Shown piece by piece: positions 19,753 to 29,305 of a stretch of 64,000 nucleotides of DNA; positions within the stretch are counted from its first letter, which is position 1; each line of letters begins with the position of its first letter. The notes below the pieces were generated by a model, which searched no databases, had not been told where the DNA came from, and saw only the letters and a list, made by a program, of their open reading frames with translations. A program made the translations under genes and the position numbers. The DNA is from Patescibacteria group bacterium (GTDB lineage: Bacteria; Patescibacteriota; Minisyncoccia; Phycocordibacterales; Phycocordibacteraceae), in NCBI GenBank assembly GCA_018971045.1, contig JAGWVF010000003.1, positions 42,793-106,792 on the forward strand, written 5' to 3'.

Positions 19753-21042
19753 TTATTTCGCCGTGCCGAATGTAAGCACTGCCGTTCCCGCCGAAATGCC
19801 CGAGACGATTTCCGTCATGCCGTTTGCGCCCGCGAGACCGGTCGTAACGAGCGTCTTTATCGGAGCGCCTTGGCCGTTCTGCACATACACAAAGGACTGG
19901 CCGGCGTCCTGGATAATGCTACTTGTGGGCACGATGAGCGCGCTTGCCTTACTTCCTCCCGCCGTCTCGATCGAGACGATGATCTGTCCCGGCGCAACCG
20001 TCTGTCCCGGGTGCGCATTGAGCGCGGTAACCGTGCCAGCGACCGGCGCCGAGAGCGTCGATTCTCGGAGCGTTACCTCGATGCCGCGAAGCGCCGCGGC
20101 CGCGGCATCAACCGCCGCCCGCGCCGCCGCGATATCGTTATCAGTCGGTCCGGCCTTGGCGAGCGCCAAAATACCCTGAGCACCCTGCACCAGAGTCATG
20201 CCGTTCGTGAGAGCGCTTACTGACCCCGAGACTGCTAGGCGCGCCGCGGTGATGTTCGCTTGATATCCTTGAAGGACTGCCGTCGGCATCACCGAAGACG
20301 CCGATGTCTCGGCAAGAAGCGTGGAGATATCGTTCAGTAGCGTCGAAATGCGCGTAAGACGCTGTTCCGCAAGAGCCGCTTCCGCGAGCGGGTCAGAAGC
20401 CGCGCCGCTCTGCCCCCTATTCGCAGTCTTCAATTGGAGGCTCCAATCGTTCATCATCGATTCCAGATCGCTTCGCTCCGACAAAACAACATTTTGTAAC
20501 GCTTGATCCGAGGGGGTGAACGCGAGCGTCGGCCACGCGGTCCGAGGATTGATAAACAGCTGATCCGCTTTGTTATGAATGGCGTCATCGGCGGTGATGT
20601 ACGCGTTGCGGATAGTGTCGTAAAGCGCCGCCTCAGCTTGGCGTACGTTCGTCTCATCAATCGCCAATTGCTCGGGGCGCGTTCCCGCAAGCAACGCGTC
20701 GAGCCGCGCTTGGGCCGCCTCTGTATTCGCCACGGCGCCCGCGCGCGTCGCCCGGAGCATCGACTGATCGAGCTCGACAAGCGGCGCGTGCGCGACGACC
20801 GTCTCTCCGATTGACGACGAGAGAGCCGCGACCTGACCGGGGATTTGGAACGAGAGGTCAATATTCGCGCCGCCGACGGCGGTAATCGGCGCGAGGGCGG
20901 CGCGCGTGTACGCCCCTGACGGAGTCACGGCGCTCGTCTTCCACGCAACGCCTACCATGACAAGCGCGATAAGCGCCGCGCCGCCGAGCGCTATTTTCGG
21001 CTTCGCCAGAAATGCCAATACCGACTTCGAAAGCTCCCGCAT
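19753..21042 (-). CDS. HlyD/EmrA-family membrane fusion protein
   Basis: 429 aa; TM anchor, long Ala/Leu/Gln coiled coil, C-terminal beta-barrel/MP domain (VAPGQIIVSIE...). Confidence 0.55.
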   Translation of the reverse strand: MRELSKSVLAFLAKPKIALGGAALIALVMVGVAWKTSAVTPSGAYTRAALAPITAVGGANIDLSFQIPGQVAALSSSIGETVVAHAPLVELDQSMLRATRAGAVANTEAAQARLDALLAGTRPEQLAIDETNVRQAEAALYDTIRNAYITADDAIHNKADQLFINPRTAWPTLAFTPSDQALQNVVLSERSDLESMMNDWSLQLKTANRGQSGAASDPLAEAALAEQRLTRISTLLNDISTLLAETSASSVMPTAVLQGYQANITAARLAVSGSVSALTNGMTLVQGAQGILALAKAGPTDNDIAAARAAVDAAAAALRGIEVTLRESTLSAPVAGTVTALNAHPGQTVAPGQIIVSIETAGGSKASALIVPTSSIIQDAGQSFVYVQNGQGAPIKTLVTTGLAGANGMTEIVSGISAGTAVLTFGTAK

Positions 21043-21113
21043 AAATACTTAGGTAAGCGAACTATATCACCGCGACGCGGGCGGCGCAACCCCCCCCCGC
21101 GCCGCACCCGCGC

Positions 21114-22106
21114 TTAACAGGCGATATTCTGATCGACCGCGGTCGGACTCGCCTCGTACTGGATAATCCAGACGGGACTGCCGGGAATGAGCATGCTTCC
21201 CGTGAGACAGGCATTCGTCGCTTTCACCTGCGAGGCGACGCCGATCGGAAACCACGTCGGCGTGGTGATGTTCTCTTTCGCTATCGTCTGCGCAGGCACG
21301 AAGGCGGTACCCGCGATGCGGCGCCACATATACGGCATCGAATAGATACCGGCGCGAACCCCCTCCGTATTCAGAAAATCGATCGCGCCCTGGATAACCG
21401 CGTCGTTGACCGCCGTGTCGATTGACCAGCTGTTCTCTTCTTCGATATCAAGCCACCAGAAGAACGAGGAGACGCCGACGCTATTCGCGTGCCGATAGGC
21501 GCTTTTCGCCGCATTGTAGCCGTAATTGTAGCTCGCGCACGCGCTCGGCTCCGGATAGGTGCCGCCGGACGCCCGAGACGTCGTGGTCGCGCCAAAGAGT
21601 ACGTCGCAGGTCCGCGGCGCGCTCATGTGCTCGCTCGTCGCCGTACTTCCATAGGGCGCATTCAGATTAAGATACAGCGTGGGGAGCGTCGCGCCGAACT
21701 GCGCAAGCGCGTATTCGGAATGAAGACGATTATTGTAAACGTATGCTTTCCCGGCGGTAACGCCGACGACCATGAACCCGCCCGAGGCGTCCGGATAACT
21801 CCGCGTATTAAAGGAGAGGTCGTAGCCGAGACTGCCCGAGCGGTAGGGACTGCCTGTCGTGTCCGGGCGCGTAAGCGGCGCGGGAATCGAGGATGTAGCC
21901 GCCGAGTTCGGGAGAGGATCAGAGATTGACGAGCCGCCGAGAGCACCAGCGACGCTCGCGATAACCGTCTCGGGTGCGCTGAAAGCGCGCAGGAGGCCGA
22001 GAATGGCGCCCACCTGCGACGATGTCAGACCGGCGGCAGACGCCAGAGAAGGCGCCGCCATCATAAGCGCGAACGCCGCCGTCTGAACGAAACTCCTTCG
22101 CCGCAT
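21114..22106 (-). CDS. Tat-secreted glycoside-hydrolase-like protein (DUF1906 / GH25-like TIM barrel)
   Basis: Twin-arginine signal MRRRSFVQTAAFALMMAAPSLASAAG; C-terminal region with WWLDIEE and WIIQY blocks reminiscent of the Rv2525c/DUF1906 family. ORF track extends to 22532 but upstream part overlaps the divergent gene and lacks signal logic. Confidence 0.45.
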   Translation of the reverse strand: MRRRSFVQTAAFALMMAAPSLASAAGLTSSQVGAILGLLRAFSAPETVIASVAGALGGSSISDPLPNSAATSSIPAPLTRPDTTGSPYRSGSLGYDLSFNTRSYPDASGGFMVVGVTAGKAYVYNNRLHSEYALAQFGATLPTLYLNLNAPYGSTATSEHMSAPRTCDVLFGATTTSRASGGTYPEPSACASYNYGYNAAKSAYRHANSVGVSSFFWWLDIEEENSWSIDTAVNDAVIQGAIDFLNTEGVRAGIYSMPYMWRRIAGTAFVPAQTIAKENITTPTWFPIGVASQVKATNACLTGSMLIPGSPVWIIQYEASPTAVDQNIAC

Positions 22107-22155
22107 AGACTTCAGTATAACTCGAGGAAACCCATTTTGTGATAGACTTCTAGTC

Positions 22156-22551
22156 ATGGAAGGTTTATTCGCCAAGAAGAAAGCAATTTCCGTCTTTGCG
22201 GGCGTCTTCTTTCTGACGATAAGTATCGGCGGCGTGTATATGGCGGCCATGCCGATGCAGGACGGCATCATGCACGAATGTCCGTTCATGGGCGTACCTG
22301 CATTGTGCCACATGAGCCCACTCGAACATCTCACGCAGTGGCAAACAATGTTTGCGGCTACGGTACAGCAAGCACTGATCCTGTTCACTGCGCTGGCACT
22401 CATCGTCGCCCTTGGGTGGCATTTCATACGAGACCTCCTCTTACCTGAGCGCGCCAAGGCGTTCTCACCGAGATATCGGAAAAGAGAACCGATAGTGGAC
22501 CCCTTACGGCTTGCCTTAGCCAAAGGAATCATTCACTCAAAAGCATTCTAA
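22156..22551 (+). CDS. small membrane protein with Cys/His/Met-rich periplasmic loop (possible copper-binding accessory protein)
   Basis: 131 aa; two TM helices flanking MHECPFMGVPALCHMSPLEH; immediately upstream of copA. Confidence 0.35.
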   Translation: MEGLFAKKKAISVFAGVFFLTISIGGVYMAAMPMQDGIMHECPFMGVPALCHMSPLEHLTQWQTMFAATVQQALILFTALALIVALGWHFIRDLLLPERAKAFSPRYRKREPIVDPLRLALAKGIIHSKAF

Positions 22552-22597
22552 CGGAAGATGGTTGCGTCTTTTGGCGCGTTATATCTAACCATCTCCT

Positions 22598-24838
22598 ATG
22601 AATCAAACTCAAACCTACACAATCAAAGGAATGCACTGCGCCTCGTGCGCGAGCATCATAGAAAAAACTTTTAGAAAATTACCCGGCGTGAATTCTGTCG
22701 AGGTTAATTACGCGACCGAGACCGCCAAAGTTACACACGGGGTGCATGTGGATCGCGCCCGGCTCTCGAAGAGTATCGAACCTTTGGGCTACTCACTCGC
22801 ACAAACCGCCGAGGAGATGGGCATGTCTCCAGAGGAGCACGCGGGTCATCTTGGGCTTAATCAAACGAAAGAAGAGAAGCTTGCTGAGCTCAAGGCGATG
22901 CGCACCAAGGTGGTTATCTCTCTTCCGCTTGCAGTGGTGGCGGCGCTGAACATGGTGCTTGGCATCGTGCCTAACAGTTTGCTGTGGCTTATGGCCACCG
23001 TAATGCTCTTTTGGGTCGGCCAGCCGTATCTCATGGGCTTTTGGCGCTTCTTGCGCTATGGAGCGGCCAACATGGACACGCTCATCGGCATCGGAACTTC
23101 AGCCGCGTACCTCTACAGCGCAATTGTAAGCGTATTCGCGTTACAATTAAAAACGTATCTCGACGTGACCGGCACCTACTGGGACGCCGCTATCGTAGTC
23201 ATCGCGTTCATCACGCTCGGTAAGTATCTTGAAGCGCGCAGCAAACTAAAAACCGGCGACGCGATAGAAAAACTGCTCACTCTTCAGGCAAAAGTCGCGT
23301 TGGCGGTGCGCGATGGCAAAGAAGTTGAAGTGCCGATCGCAGACATCGTGCAGGGCGACATGATCGTAGTGAAGCCTGCGGGCAAAATCCCCGTCGACGG
23401 TGTTATCGCTGAAGGTTCATCGTTTGTCGATGAGTCGATGCTCACAGGCGAGCCGATACCGGTTGAAAAAAATATCGGCGACACAGTTGTTGGCGGCACG
23501 CTCAATACGACCGGCGCCTTCACCTTCCGCGCTACGAACGTGGGCGGCGATACTATGCTCGCGCACATCATCAACATGGTCGCCGAGGCGCAAGGCAGCC
23601 GGGCGCCAATTCAAGCTCTAGCCGATAAAATCAGCAGCGTCTTCGTGCCTATTGTGCTCGTGCTCGCGTTCCTGGCGCTTGGCGCGTGGCTATTGATCGG
23701 CGGGGCGTATCTCGGCTTTGCGCAGGCGCTTAGCCTCGGACTCGCTTCCTTCGTTGGGATACTGGTTATTGCGTGCCCGTGCGCACTCGGCCTCGCTACG
23801 CCGACCGCCATCATCGTAGGAGTCGGCAAGGGCGCCAAGGAAGGCATTCTCATCAAGGACGCCGCGACGTTACAGAAGCTTGCCCAGGTCGACATTGTCG
23901 TGCTCGACAAAACAGGTACGCTCACACAAGGCCGCCCCGAAGTTACGGCTCTCAATAACTACTCTAAGCTCACTGACGATCAGATACTTGCCATCGCCGC
24001 CGCGCTTGAAAGCAAATCAGAGCACCCGATAGCGCACGCGGTCGTGGGCCACGCTAACGCTCGCAAGCTAGCATTGCCGAGTGTAGACCGCTTTGAGGCG
24101 CTCAATGGCAAGGGGCTTAAGGGATTGGTAGACGGTGTTGAATACTACGCCGGCAACTTAAAGCTGTTACGCGATCTTGGCCTCGTGGCTGACGCACAAG
24201 CAGTTGCCGCAGGAACGGAGGCTGGGAATACGCCCGTCTTCCTTGCGACGAAAGATACTATTCTTGCACTCATATTGGTGGCGGATGCGCTTAAAGAAAA
24301 TGCAAAAGATGCCATTAACAAACTTCATGCTATGCGTGTCCGCGTCATGATGCTCACGGGCGACGACAAGCGCACGGCCGCCCACATAGCGCGGCTTGCG
24401 GGCATCGATGAAGTGGCAGCCGAGGTTCTTCCCGAAGACAAACTCACCACCATCAAGAAATTGCAGACTGAAGGCCGCGTGGTTGCGATGGCGGGCGACG
24501 GCGTTAACGATGCCCCCGCCTTGGCGCAAGCCGATGTCGGCATCGCCATGGCCACAGGTACCGATGTTGCTATCGAGACCGCAGGTATTGCGTTATTGTA
24601 TGGCGATCTCGGTAAACTCGTTAAAGCCGTCTCGCTCAGCAAACTCACGATGCGCGGCATCAAACAAAATCTCTTCTGGGCGTTCATCTACAACATCGTG
24701 GGTATTCCGCTCGCAGGCGGGCTCTTCTACCCTCTGCTCGGTTGGGCGATAAGCCCGGTCTTTGCCGGTGCCGCTATGGCGCTCTCGAGCGTCTCAGTTA
24801 TCAGCAACTCGCTGCGCATTAAAGCTAAAACTCTCTAA
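22598..24838 (+). CDS. copA: copper-translocating P1B-type ATPase
   Basis: N-terminal HMA domain [11 protein letters not shown] motif [14 protein letters not shown], phosphorylation site [17 protein letters not shown] hinge. Confidence 0.9.
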   Translation: MNQTQTYTIKGMHCASCASIIEKTFRKLPGVNSVEVNYATETAKVTHGVHVDRARLSKSIEPLGYSLAQTAEEMGMSPEEHAGHLGLNQTKEEKLAELKAMRTKVVISLPLAVVAALNMVLGIVPNSLLWLMATVMLFWVGQPYLMGFWRFLRYGAANMDTLIGIGTSAAYLYSAIVSVFALQLKTYLDVTGTYWDAAIVVIAFITLGKYLEARSKLKTGDAIEKLLTLQAKVALAVRDGKEVEVPIADIVQGDMIVVKPAGKIPVDGVIAEGSSFVDESMLTGEPIPVEKNIGDTVVGGTLNTTGAFTFRATNVGGDTMLAHIINMVAEAQGSRAPIQALADKISSVFVPIVLVLAFLALGAWLLIGGAYLGFAQALSLGLASFVGILVIACPCALGLATPTAIIVGVGKGAKEGILIKDAATLQKLAQVDIVVLDKTGTLTQGRPEVTALNNYSKLTDDQILAIAAALESKSEHPIAHAVVGHANARKLALPSVDRFEALNGKGLKGLVDGVEYYAGNLKLLRDLGLVADAQAVAAGTEAGNTPVFLATKDTILALILVADALKENAKDAINKLHAMRVRVMMLTGDDKRTAAHIARLAGIDEVAAEVLPEDKLTTIKKLQTEGRVVAMAGDGVNDAPALAQADVGIAMATGTDVAIETAGIALLYGDLGKLVKAVSLSKLTMRGIKQNLFWAFIYNIVGIPLAGGLFYPLLGWAISPVFAGAAMALSSVSVISNSLRIKAKTL

Positions 24839-24843
24839 AAACT

Positions 24844-25866
24844 ATGAGCACTCAAACACTTGCCTTGCACATACAGGGCATGCACTGCAAAGCGTGCACG
24901 ATCCTTACCGAATCCGAAGCGCAGGAGCTGCCGTACATCACTCGTGCGAAGGCGGATCTCAAGCATCACACCGTTACCGTCGAAGGCGCATTGGAGTCGA
25001 AATTGCCGCAAGAAATCGCGGCAGAACTTACCGAGCGTCTGCGCTCTCACGGCTATACGGTTTCAGTCGAACGCCGGCGCCAGCCCGTGAAGTGGAGCGA
25101 CTTCAAGTTAGCTGTTCCCATCGCGCTGGCGTTTGCGGCGCTGTTTGTCCTATTGCAAAAACTCGGTCTCGTGAACTTTGTCGGGGGAGGGTCAATGACA
25201 TACGGCACCGCATTCGCTATTGGCGTAGTCGCATCGCTCAGCACTTGCATGGCAGTCGTCGGCGGCCTCGTGCTGTCGATGTCTGCCACCTTCGCCAAAG
25301 AAGGCGACCGCGTGCGCCCGCAGGTTCTGTTCCATGTTGGCCGGCTACTCTCGTTCGTGCTCTTAGGCGGCGTGATCGGAGCGATAGGCTCTGCGTTCGC
25401 GCTCAATACGACTGCGACCTTCGTACTTACGGTCATCATCGGGCTCGTGATGCTCCTTCTGGGCATCAACTTGCTCGATATCTTCCACTGGAGCAAGCGC
25501 TTGCAACCTGCCATGCCGGCTTTCATGGCTCGACATACCTACGGCATAGCGCAGGTCAATCACACGCTTACGCCGTTTCTTGTGGGCGTGGCGACCTTCT
25601 TCTTGCCATGCGGATTCACCCAGGCGATGCAGCTCTATTCGCTCGGGACCGGCAGCTTTGTCGCGGGAGCGCTCACCATGGGCTCCTTTGCGCTTGGCAC
25701 CCTGCCCGTACTTGGCCTGTTATCGTTCAGTTCGTTCAGCATCCAGCGCAGTTCGTGGGCAGGCGTATTCTTCAAGACAGCGGGACTCGTGGTCATCCTC
25801 TTCGCGCTCTACAATCTGCTTAACGCGCTCGTTATTATCGGCCTCATCCAGCCCCTCGGCCTGTAG
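24844..25866 (+). CDS. HMA-domain protein fused to polytopic membrane domain with intramembrane Cys pairs (DsbD_2/TauE-like)
   Basis: N-terminal GMHCKACT heavy-metal-associated fold; 6-8 TM helices with conserved LSTCMAV and FLPCGFTQA. Confidence 0.5.
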   Translation: MSTQTLALHIQGMHCKACTILTESEAQELPYITRAKADLKHHTVTVEGALESKLPQEIAAELTERLRSHGYTVSVERRRQPVKWSDFKLAVPIALAFAALFVLLQKLGLVNFVGGGSMTYGTAFAIGVVASLSTCMAVVGGLVLSMSATFAKEGDRVRPQVLFHVGRLLSFVLLGGVIGAIGSAFALNTTATFVLTVIIGLVMLLLGINLLDIFHWSKRLQPAMPAFMARHTYGIAQVNHTLTPFLVGVATFFLPCGFTQAMQLYSLGTGSFVAGALTMGSFALGTLPVLGLLSFSSFSIQRSSWAGVFFKTAGLVVILFALYNLLNALVIIGLIQPLGL

Positions 25867-25869
25867 CAT

Positions 25870-26262
25870 ATGAAATCAACAACTATATCGATTGTGTTCG
25901 CAGGACTGCTTATTGCTGGAGCAATCTTCTACACGGGAGCAAGTAGTACACCGGGAAGCAGTGGCACACCCGTTGCCAACAATGTCAGTGTGGTGAACGG
26001 TACGCAGATCGTGGAGATAAGCGTGCGCGGCGGTTATCATCCGCAACGCAGCCAGGCTAAAGCAGGCATTCCGACTGTGCTGCGATTTGAGACCAACGGC
26101 AGCTTTGACTGCTCGTCCTCGGTCCGTATTCCAAGCCTTGGTATCGCTCAAAGTCTGCCGTCGTCGGGCAACACAGACATAAGCGCCGGCACACCGTCTG
26201 CAGGCGTTCTGCGCGGCACCTGTGGCATGGGCATGTACAGTTTTGAGATAGGCTTCAGCTAG
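25870..26262 (+). CDS. cupredoxin-like (Cupredoxin_1) copper-binding exported protein
   Basis: Signal anchor; VRGGYHP...GTCGMGMYSFEIGF matches the V-K-GGYSP...C-x-MGMY pattern of CopA-associated cupredoxin_1 proteins. Confidence 0.65.
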   Translation: MKSTTISIVFAGLLIAGAIFYTGASSTPGSSGTPVANNVSVVNGTQIVEISVRGGYHPQRSQAKAGIPTVLRFETNGSFDCSSSVRIPSLGIAQSLPSSGNTDISAGTPSAGVLRGTCGMGMYSFEIGFS

Positions 26263-26279
26263 CTTCAAAGTTATAAATC

Positions 26280-27158
26280 TTGATTATAAAAACTAAGCAC
26301 GTTGTCCCCGCTCTCTATATAAATGGTGATTGTCACGACTTGCTTAAGACGCGTGAATTTAAGGTTAGAGTATGCAATGATGCCCTCATGTACAAAGAAT
26401 TGACTCCCGGAGGCGTTCGGAAGATGTTTGGTGTCTCTGAGAACTATACGGTGGAGGCCCTTCTCACGTTCGGTACACATCCGAAAACGAAGGAGTATCC
26501 CTTCTTCGAGGAGGCCTTGCGCACGCAAGGTATCGAACCGATTTACGAAACGATTCCAAGTGTTTTTTTCGGCGACATACGGAGCATCATGACGCCGCAT
26601 GGGAGACTCTGGTTTGACGTCATCTATGGGAGCGCGTACGGGAGCGAAGTCGCACATATCGCTTCCCTACTCGGAGCAAAGGCTATCATTCATATCGGGA
26701 AAACCGGTGGCTTGCAGAAAGATCTCAAGACCGGGGACATTGTCGTTCCTTCTCGTGCGGACGCGGATGACAGCGCACCACGCATGTATGCTCGTCCAGA
26801 GACTGCGAAAGTGTTTCCGAGCGATGCTCAGCTCAGCGAAGAACTCACAGAAAACATTGGTGCGCCGATCGACCGCCGACCTATCATATCGATTCAAGCG
26901 ATGCTCGCTGAGACTCGCGAGGACGTCGTCGCATGGGAGAAAGAAGGCTACGCTGGTGTCGATCTTGAGTGCGCAACCATATTTGCTGTCGCGAATCATT
27001 TCAAGATCCCAGTCGCGGCGGCGGTCTACACCGCCGACAATCTTGCGAATGAATCGCTTGTGACCGATACGGGCTATGCTGAATCAAAAGAACATCGTCA
27101 GGAGGCAAAACGCCAGATCTATGCTGCAGCAGTAAAGACTCTTTTCGGGCGTATGTAA
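26280..27158 (+). CDS. nucleoside phosphorylase, PNP/UDP (PNP_UDP_1) family
   Basis: 292 aa; phosphorylase-fold blocks HIGKTGGL, DLECATIFAVANHFKIPVAAAVYTADN. Confidence 0.55.
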   Translation: MIIKTKHVVPALYINGDCHDLLKTREFKVRVCNDALMYKELTPGGVRKMFGVSENYTVEALLTFGTHPKTKEYPFFEEALRTQGIEPIYETIPSVFFGDIRSIMTPHGRLWFDVIYGSAYGSEVAHIASLLGAKAIIHIGKTGGLQKDLKTGDIVVPSRADADDSAPRMYARPETAKVFPSDAQLSEELTENIGAPIDRRPIISIQAMLAETREDVVAWEKEGYAGVDLECATIFAVANHFKIPVAAAVYTADNLANESLVTDTGYAESKEHRQEAKRQIYAAAVKTLFGRM

Positions 27159-27200
27159 AAGAACGAGGCCAGGAGTGTATCCTGGCCCGTTGGAGAAGGA

Positions 27201-27527
27201 TTAATTGGTAATTTCTCTCTGATCCGGACCGGAATCGGCCGGGCCGCTCTCGGCTTCGTGCTGGACGTTCGCGTTCACGTCCGTGCCCGCGTCGTCAGCC
27301 GTCTCGCCATCGAGCTGCTTCGGATCTTGGGCGGAGGTTTGCACCTGCGCACCGGAGTCGTCTGCCTGCTCCCCGTCGAGATTCTGCGGATCCTGTGCGA
27401 CCGCCTGCGCCTGTGTCGTCGGGCCGGCCTGGCTCATGCTCGCGGCATGGACGGCATAGCCCGCGGCTCCGGTGATGCCGACGATGAAGGCGGCAAGGAT
27501 CGGAAGATATTTCTTGGTTGAAAACAT
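27201..27527 (-). CDS. small secreted acidic protein with tandem 19-aa repeat
   Basis: Signal MFSTKKYLPILAAFIVGITGAAGYAVHA; repeats AQDPQNLDGEQADDSGAQV / AQDPKQLDGETADDAGTDV. Confidence 0.4.
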   Translation of the reverse strand: MFSTKKYLPILAAFIVGITGAAGYAVHAASMSQAGPTTQAQAVAQDPQNLDGEQADDSGAQVQTSAQDPKQLDGETADDAGTDVNANVQHEAESGPADSGPDQREITN

Positions 27528-27602
27528 AACGTTCGATTAGATTACTGATAATGAGGTCGCCCTCGTCAACCACTACGCAACCCATCCCAGATTCCTTACA
27601 AA

Positions 27603-28094
27603 TCAGTCCGCGCCGTCACTTGGAGCCGTGAATACGCCCTGAAGAGAGACTCGATGCGGCAAGTGCCTGTACACGCGCTGCCCAAAGTCGAAGTGGTTGA
27701 GGATGATGCCGAGCGATATGCTGAACAACACCACGACAAGCACGAGCGTGGTCGTAGCGTACGTATAGCCGCGGCGCGTGCGACGGAGGCCGCAGTATGC
27801 GACGACCGTGAAGAAGGCCGTGATACCGAGCCACACGAAGGGGATGCTCTGCGCTATATCCTGGATCGACGAACCTTGAAGCTTCGCGATGCCGTCGTTA
27901 TCAAAGAAGACGAATTCGGCAATGGCGAAGGCAATACCGCCGATGACAACTGATGCGACAGCGAGAAACCAGATCATGCCGCGGCTCACGAGAAACTTCC
28001 ATCGCGCAATGGGCACTGCGCCGCGCGCCTCAAGCTCTTTCACGAGCTCCTGTGGGAATGCGTCGCTTGTCTCCATATTAGGTGTGTTCATCAT
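27603..28094 (-). CDS. putative membrane anti-sigma factor (hypothetical)
   Basis: 163 aa; overlaps upstream sigma gene by 17 bp; cytoplasmic N-terminus then 3 TM helices; same architecture as 10030..10743. Confidence 0.4.
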   Translation of the reverse strand: MMNTPNMETSDAFPQELVKELEARGAVPIARWKFLVSRGMIWFLAVASVVIGGIAFAIAEFVFFDNDGIAKLQGSSIQDIAQSIPFVWLGITAFFTVVAYCGLRRTRRGYTYATTTLVLVVVLFSISLGIILNHFDFGQRVYRHLPHRVSLQGVFTAPSDGAD

Positions 28095-28650
28095 ACCTCT
28101 TTAGTTTTTCTTTTAGTTTCGACTTCGCCCGATTTATATAAACAGCGACCGTTCCAGACGGCAATTCCAAGATGTCCGAAATCTCATCGTAGCTCCTTTC
28201 TTCAAAGAATCGGAGGTACAGAACGTCACGGTACTTGAGATCGAGCGTTTCGAGCGCCTCGCGTACAGCTTTGGCGTTAATGGCGGTATCAACCTCGCGA
28301 GCAACGTCGAGATCGTCGGCGATCCTATCGAGCGCCTCAAGATTATCTTCGAACTTTGATGGTCGGGGACGATTCTTTTGCCTTCGGAAGTGATTGAAGG
28401 TCTCGTTGCGAGCGATGCGATACAACCAGGCGCTGAATGAAAGCGTGGAGTCGTAATCATTCAGGTGGACGTACGCCTTTATAAAAGTCTCTTGAAGAAT
28501 GTCCTTCGCTATCTCTGCATCGAGCGAACCGAGACGAACAATGTAGCGGAGAAGGCGCACATCGTATCGAACAACGAGCTGGGCGAACTCCTCGCGATTC
28601 GCGAGGGCCGCCCTTACCAGCTCAACATCCGTACGTGCGTCATCAGCCAC
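28078..28650 (-). CDS. ECF-type sigma-70 family factor (second copy)
   Basis: 190 aa; region 2 (LLRYIVRLGS...ILQETFIKAYVHL) and region 4 (RSYDEISDILELPSGTVAVYINRAKSKLKE). Confidence 0.8.
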   Translation of the reverse strand: MADDARTDVELVRAALANREEFAQLVVRYDVRLLRYIVRLGSLDAEIAKDILQETFIKAYVHLNDYDSTLSFSAWLYRIARNETFNHFRRQKNRPRPSKFEDNLEALDRIADDLDVAREVDTAINAKAVREALETLDLKYRDVLYLRFFEERSYDEISDILELPSGTVAVYINRAKSKLKEKLKRYDEHT

Positions 28651-28662
28651 CTGTCAACCATA

Positions 28663-29298
28663 TCACAGGGAAAAGAGCGACGCTTCTCCAAACAACTCGG
28701 TTCCCGAATCAGTAACGTGCATTCCGGCACCGTCCTTGCACGTATAGATTTCCCGTCCGTGCTTCTGTTTATACTCTGCTAGCCACGCGCGCTCGTCAGG
28801 CGTGTCAGCGAAATGCGGTTGGAATTCGAAATCAACAAAATCGAAACCGGTGAAATCAGTCATGCCGACTTCATTCTCGTCTTCAGAGGCCGCAATCTCG
28901 ATAGATGGCGTGCATATGATGCTTCCGGCACTCGCGCCGATGAGTACGCCACCGTTCGTGAGATGCTGTTCAAGAATCTTCTCGAGTCCGCGCTTGCGCG
29001 CACCGTCCATGAAAGTGAAGGTGTTCCCTCCAGAGAGATAGATGGCAGTATAGCTCGGGAGCGTTGCTAGCATCTCGTCGGTGAACGCGTCTGAAAGGTC
29101 GAAGTAGTCGACACCCAGCTCTGGACTGATCGCGGCATAATCGGCGATAGTAGATCGGTAATACGGACGATCGCCAATCTGTGGGCTCGAAGAAACATAC
29201 GCGACCTTTGTCCCCCGCTTGAGAATCTCTTGCGCGAGCGCTTCGCGCAGCTTCTCGTCGAGCGGGCTCATCATGCTGAGCAGGAAGATATTCTTCAT
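28663..29298 (-). CDS. peptidase S51 family (dipeptidase E / cyanophycinase-like, Asp-specific)
   Basis: YLSGGNTFTFM and GASAGSIIC (catalytic Ser) blocks; probable start MKNIFLL at 29298 (ORF track extends to 29373). Confidence 0.65.
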   Translation of the reverse strand: MKNIFLLSMMSPLDEKLREALAQEILKRGTKVAYVSSSPQIGDRPYYRSTIADYAAISPELGVDYFDLSDAFTDEMLATLPSYTAIYLSGGNTFTFMDGARKRGLEKILEQHLTNGGVLIGASAGSIICTPSIEIAASEDENEVGMTDFTGFDFVDFEFQPHFADTPDERAWLAEYKQKHGREIYTCKDGAGMHVTDSGTELFGEASLFSL

Positions 29299-29305
29299 GA
29301 TCTTC

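Noticed and set aside
22106-22160. Alternative start of the Tat-secreted protein at 22157 (MTRSL...), which would make its ATG share a CATG with the divergent gene at 22156
   Set aside because: Two overlapping divergent start codons are implausible. Start at 22106 (MRRRSF) keeps the Tat motif near the N-terminus and leaves a 49-bp intergenic spacer.
233-25823. Numerous 60-350 aa ORFs antisense to or out of frame with the annotated genes (e.g. 233..736, 953..1264, 2465..2974, 4594..5127, 13637..14347, 17815..18384, 24762..25823, 41149..41886, 50834..51940)
   Set aside because: They lie wholly inside stronger, motif-bearing genes. Their compositions are Arg/Ala/Pro-rich, typical of open alternative frames in >60% GC DNA, and they have no recognisable domains.
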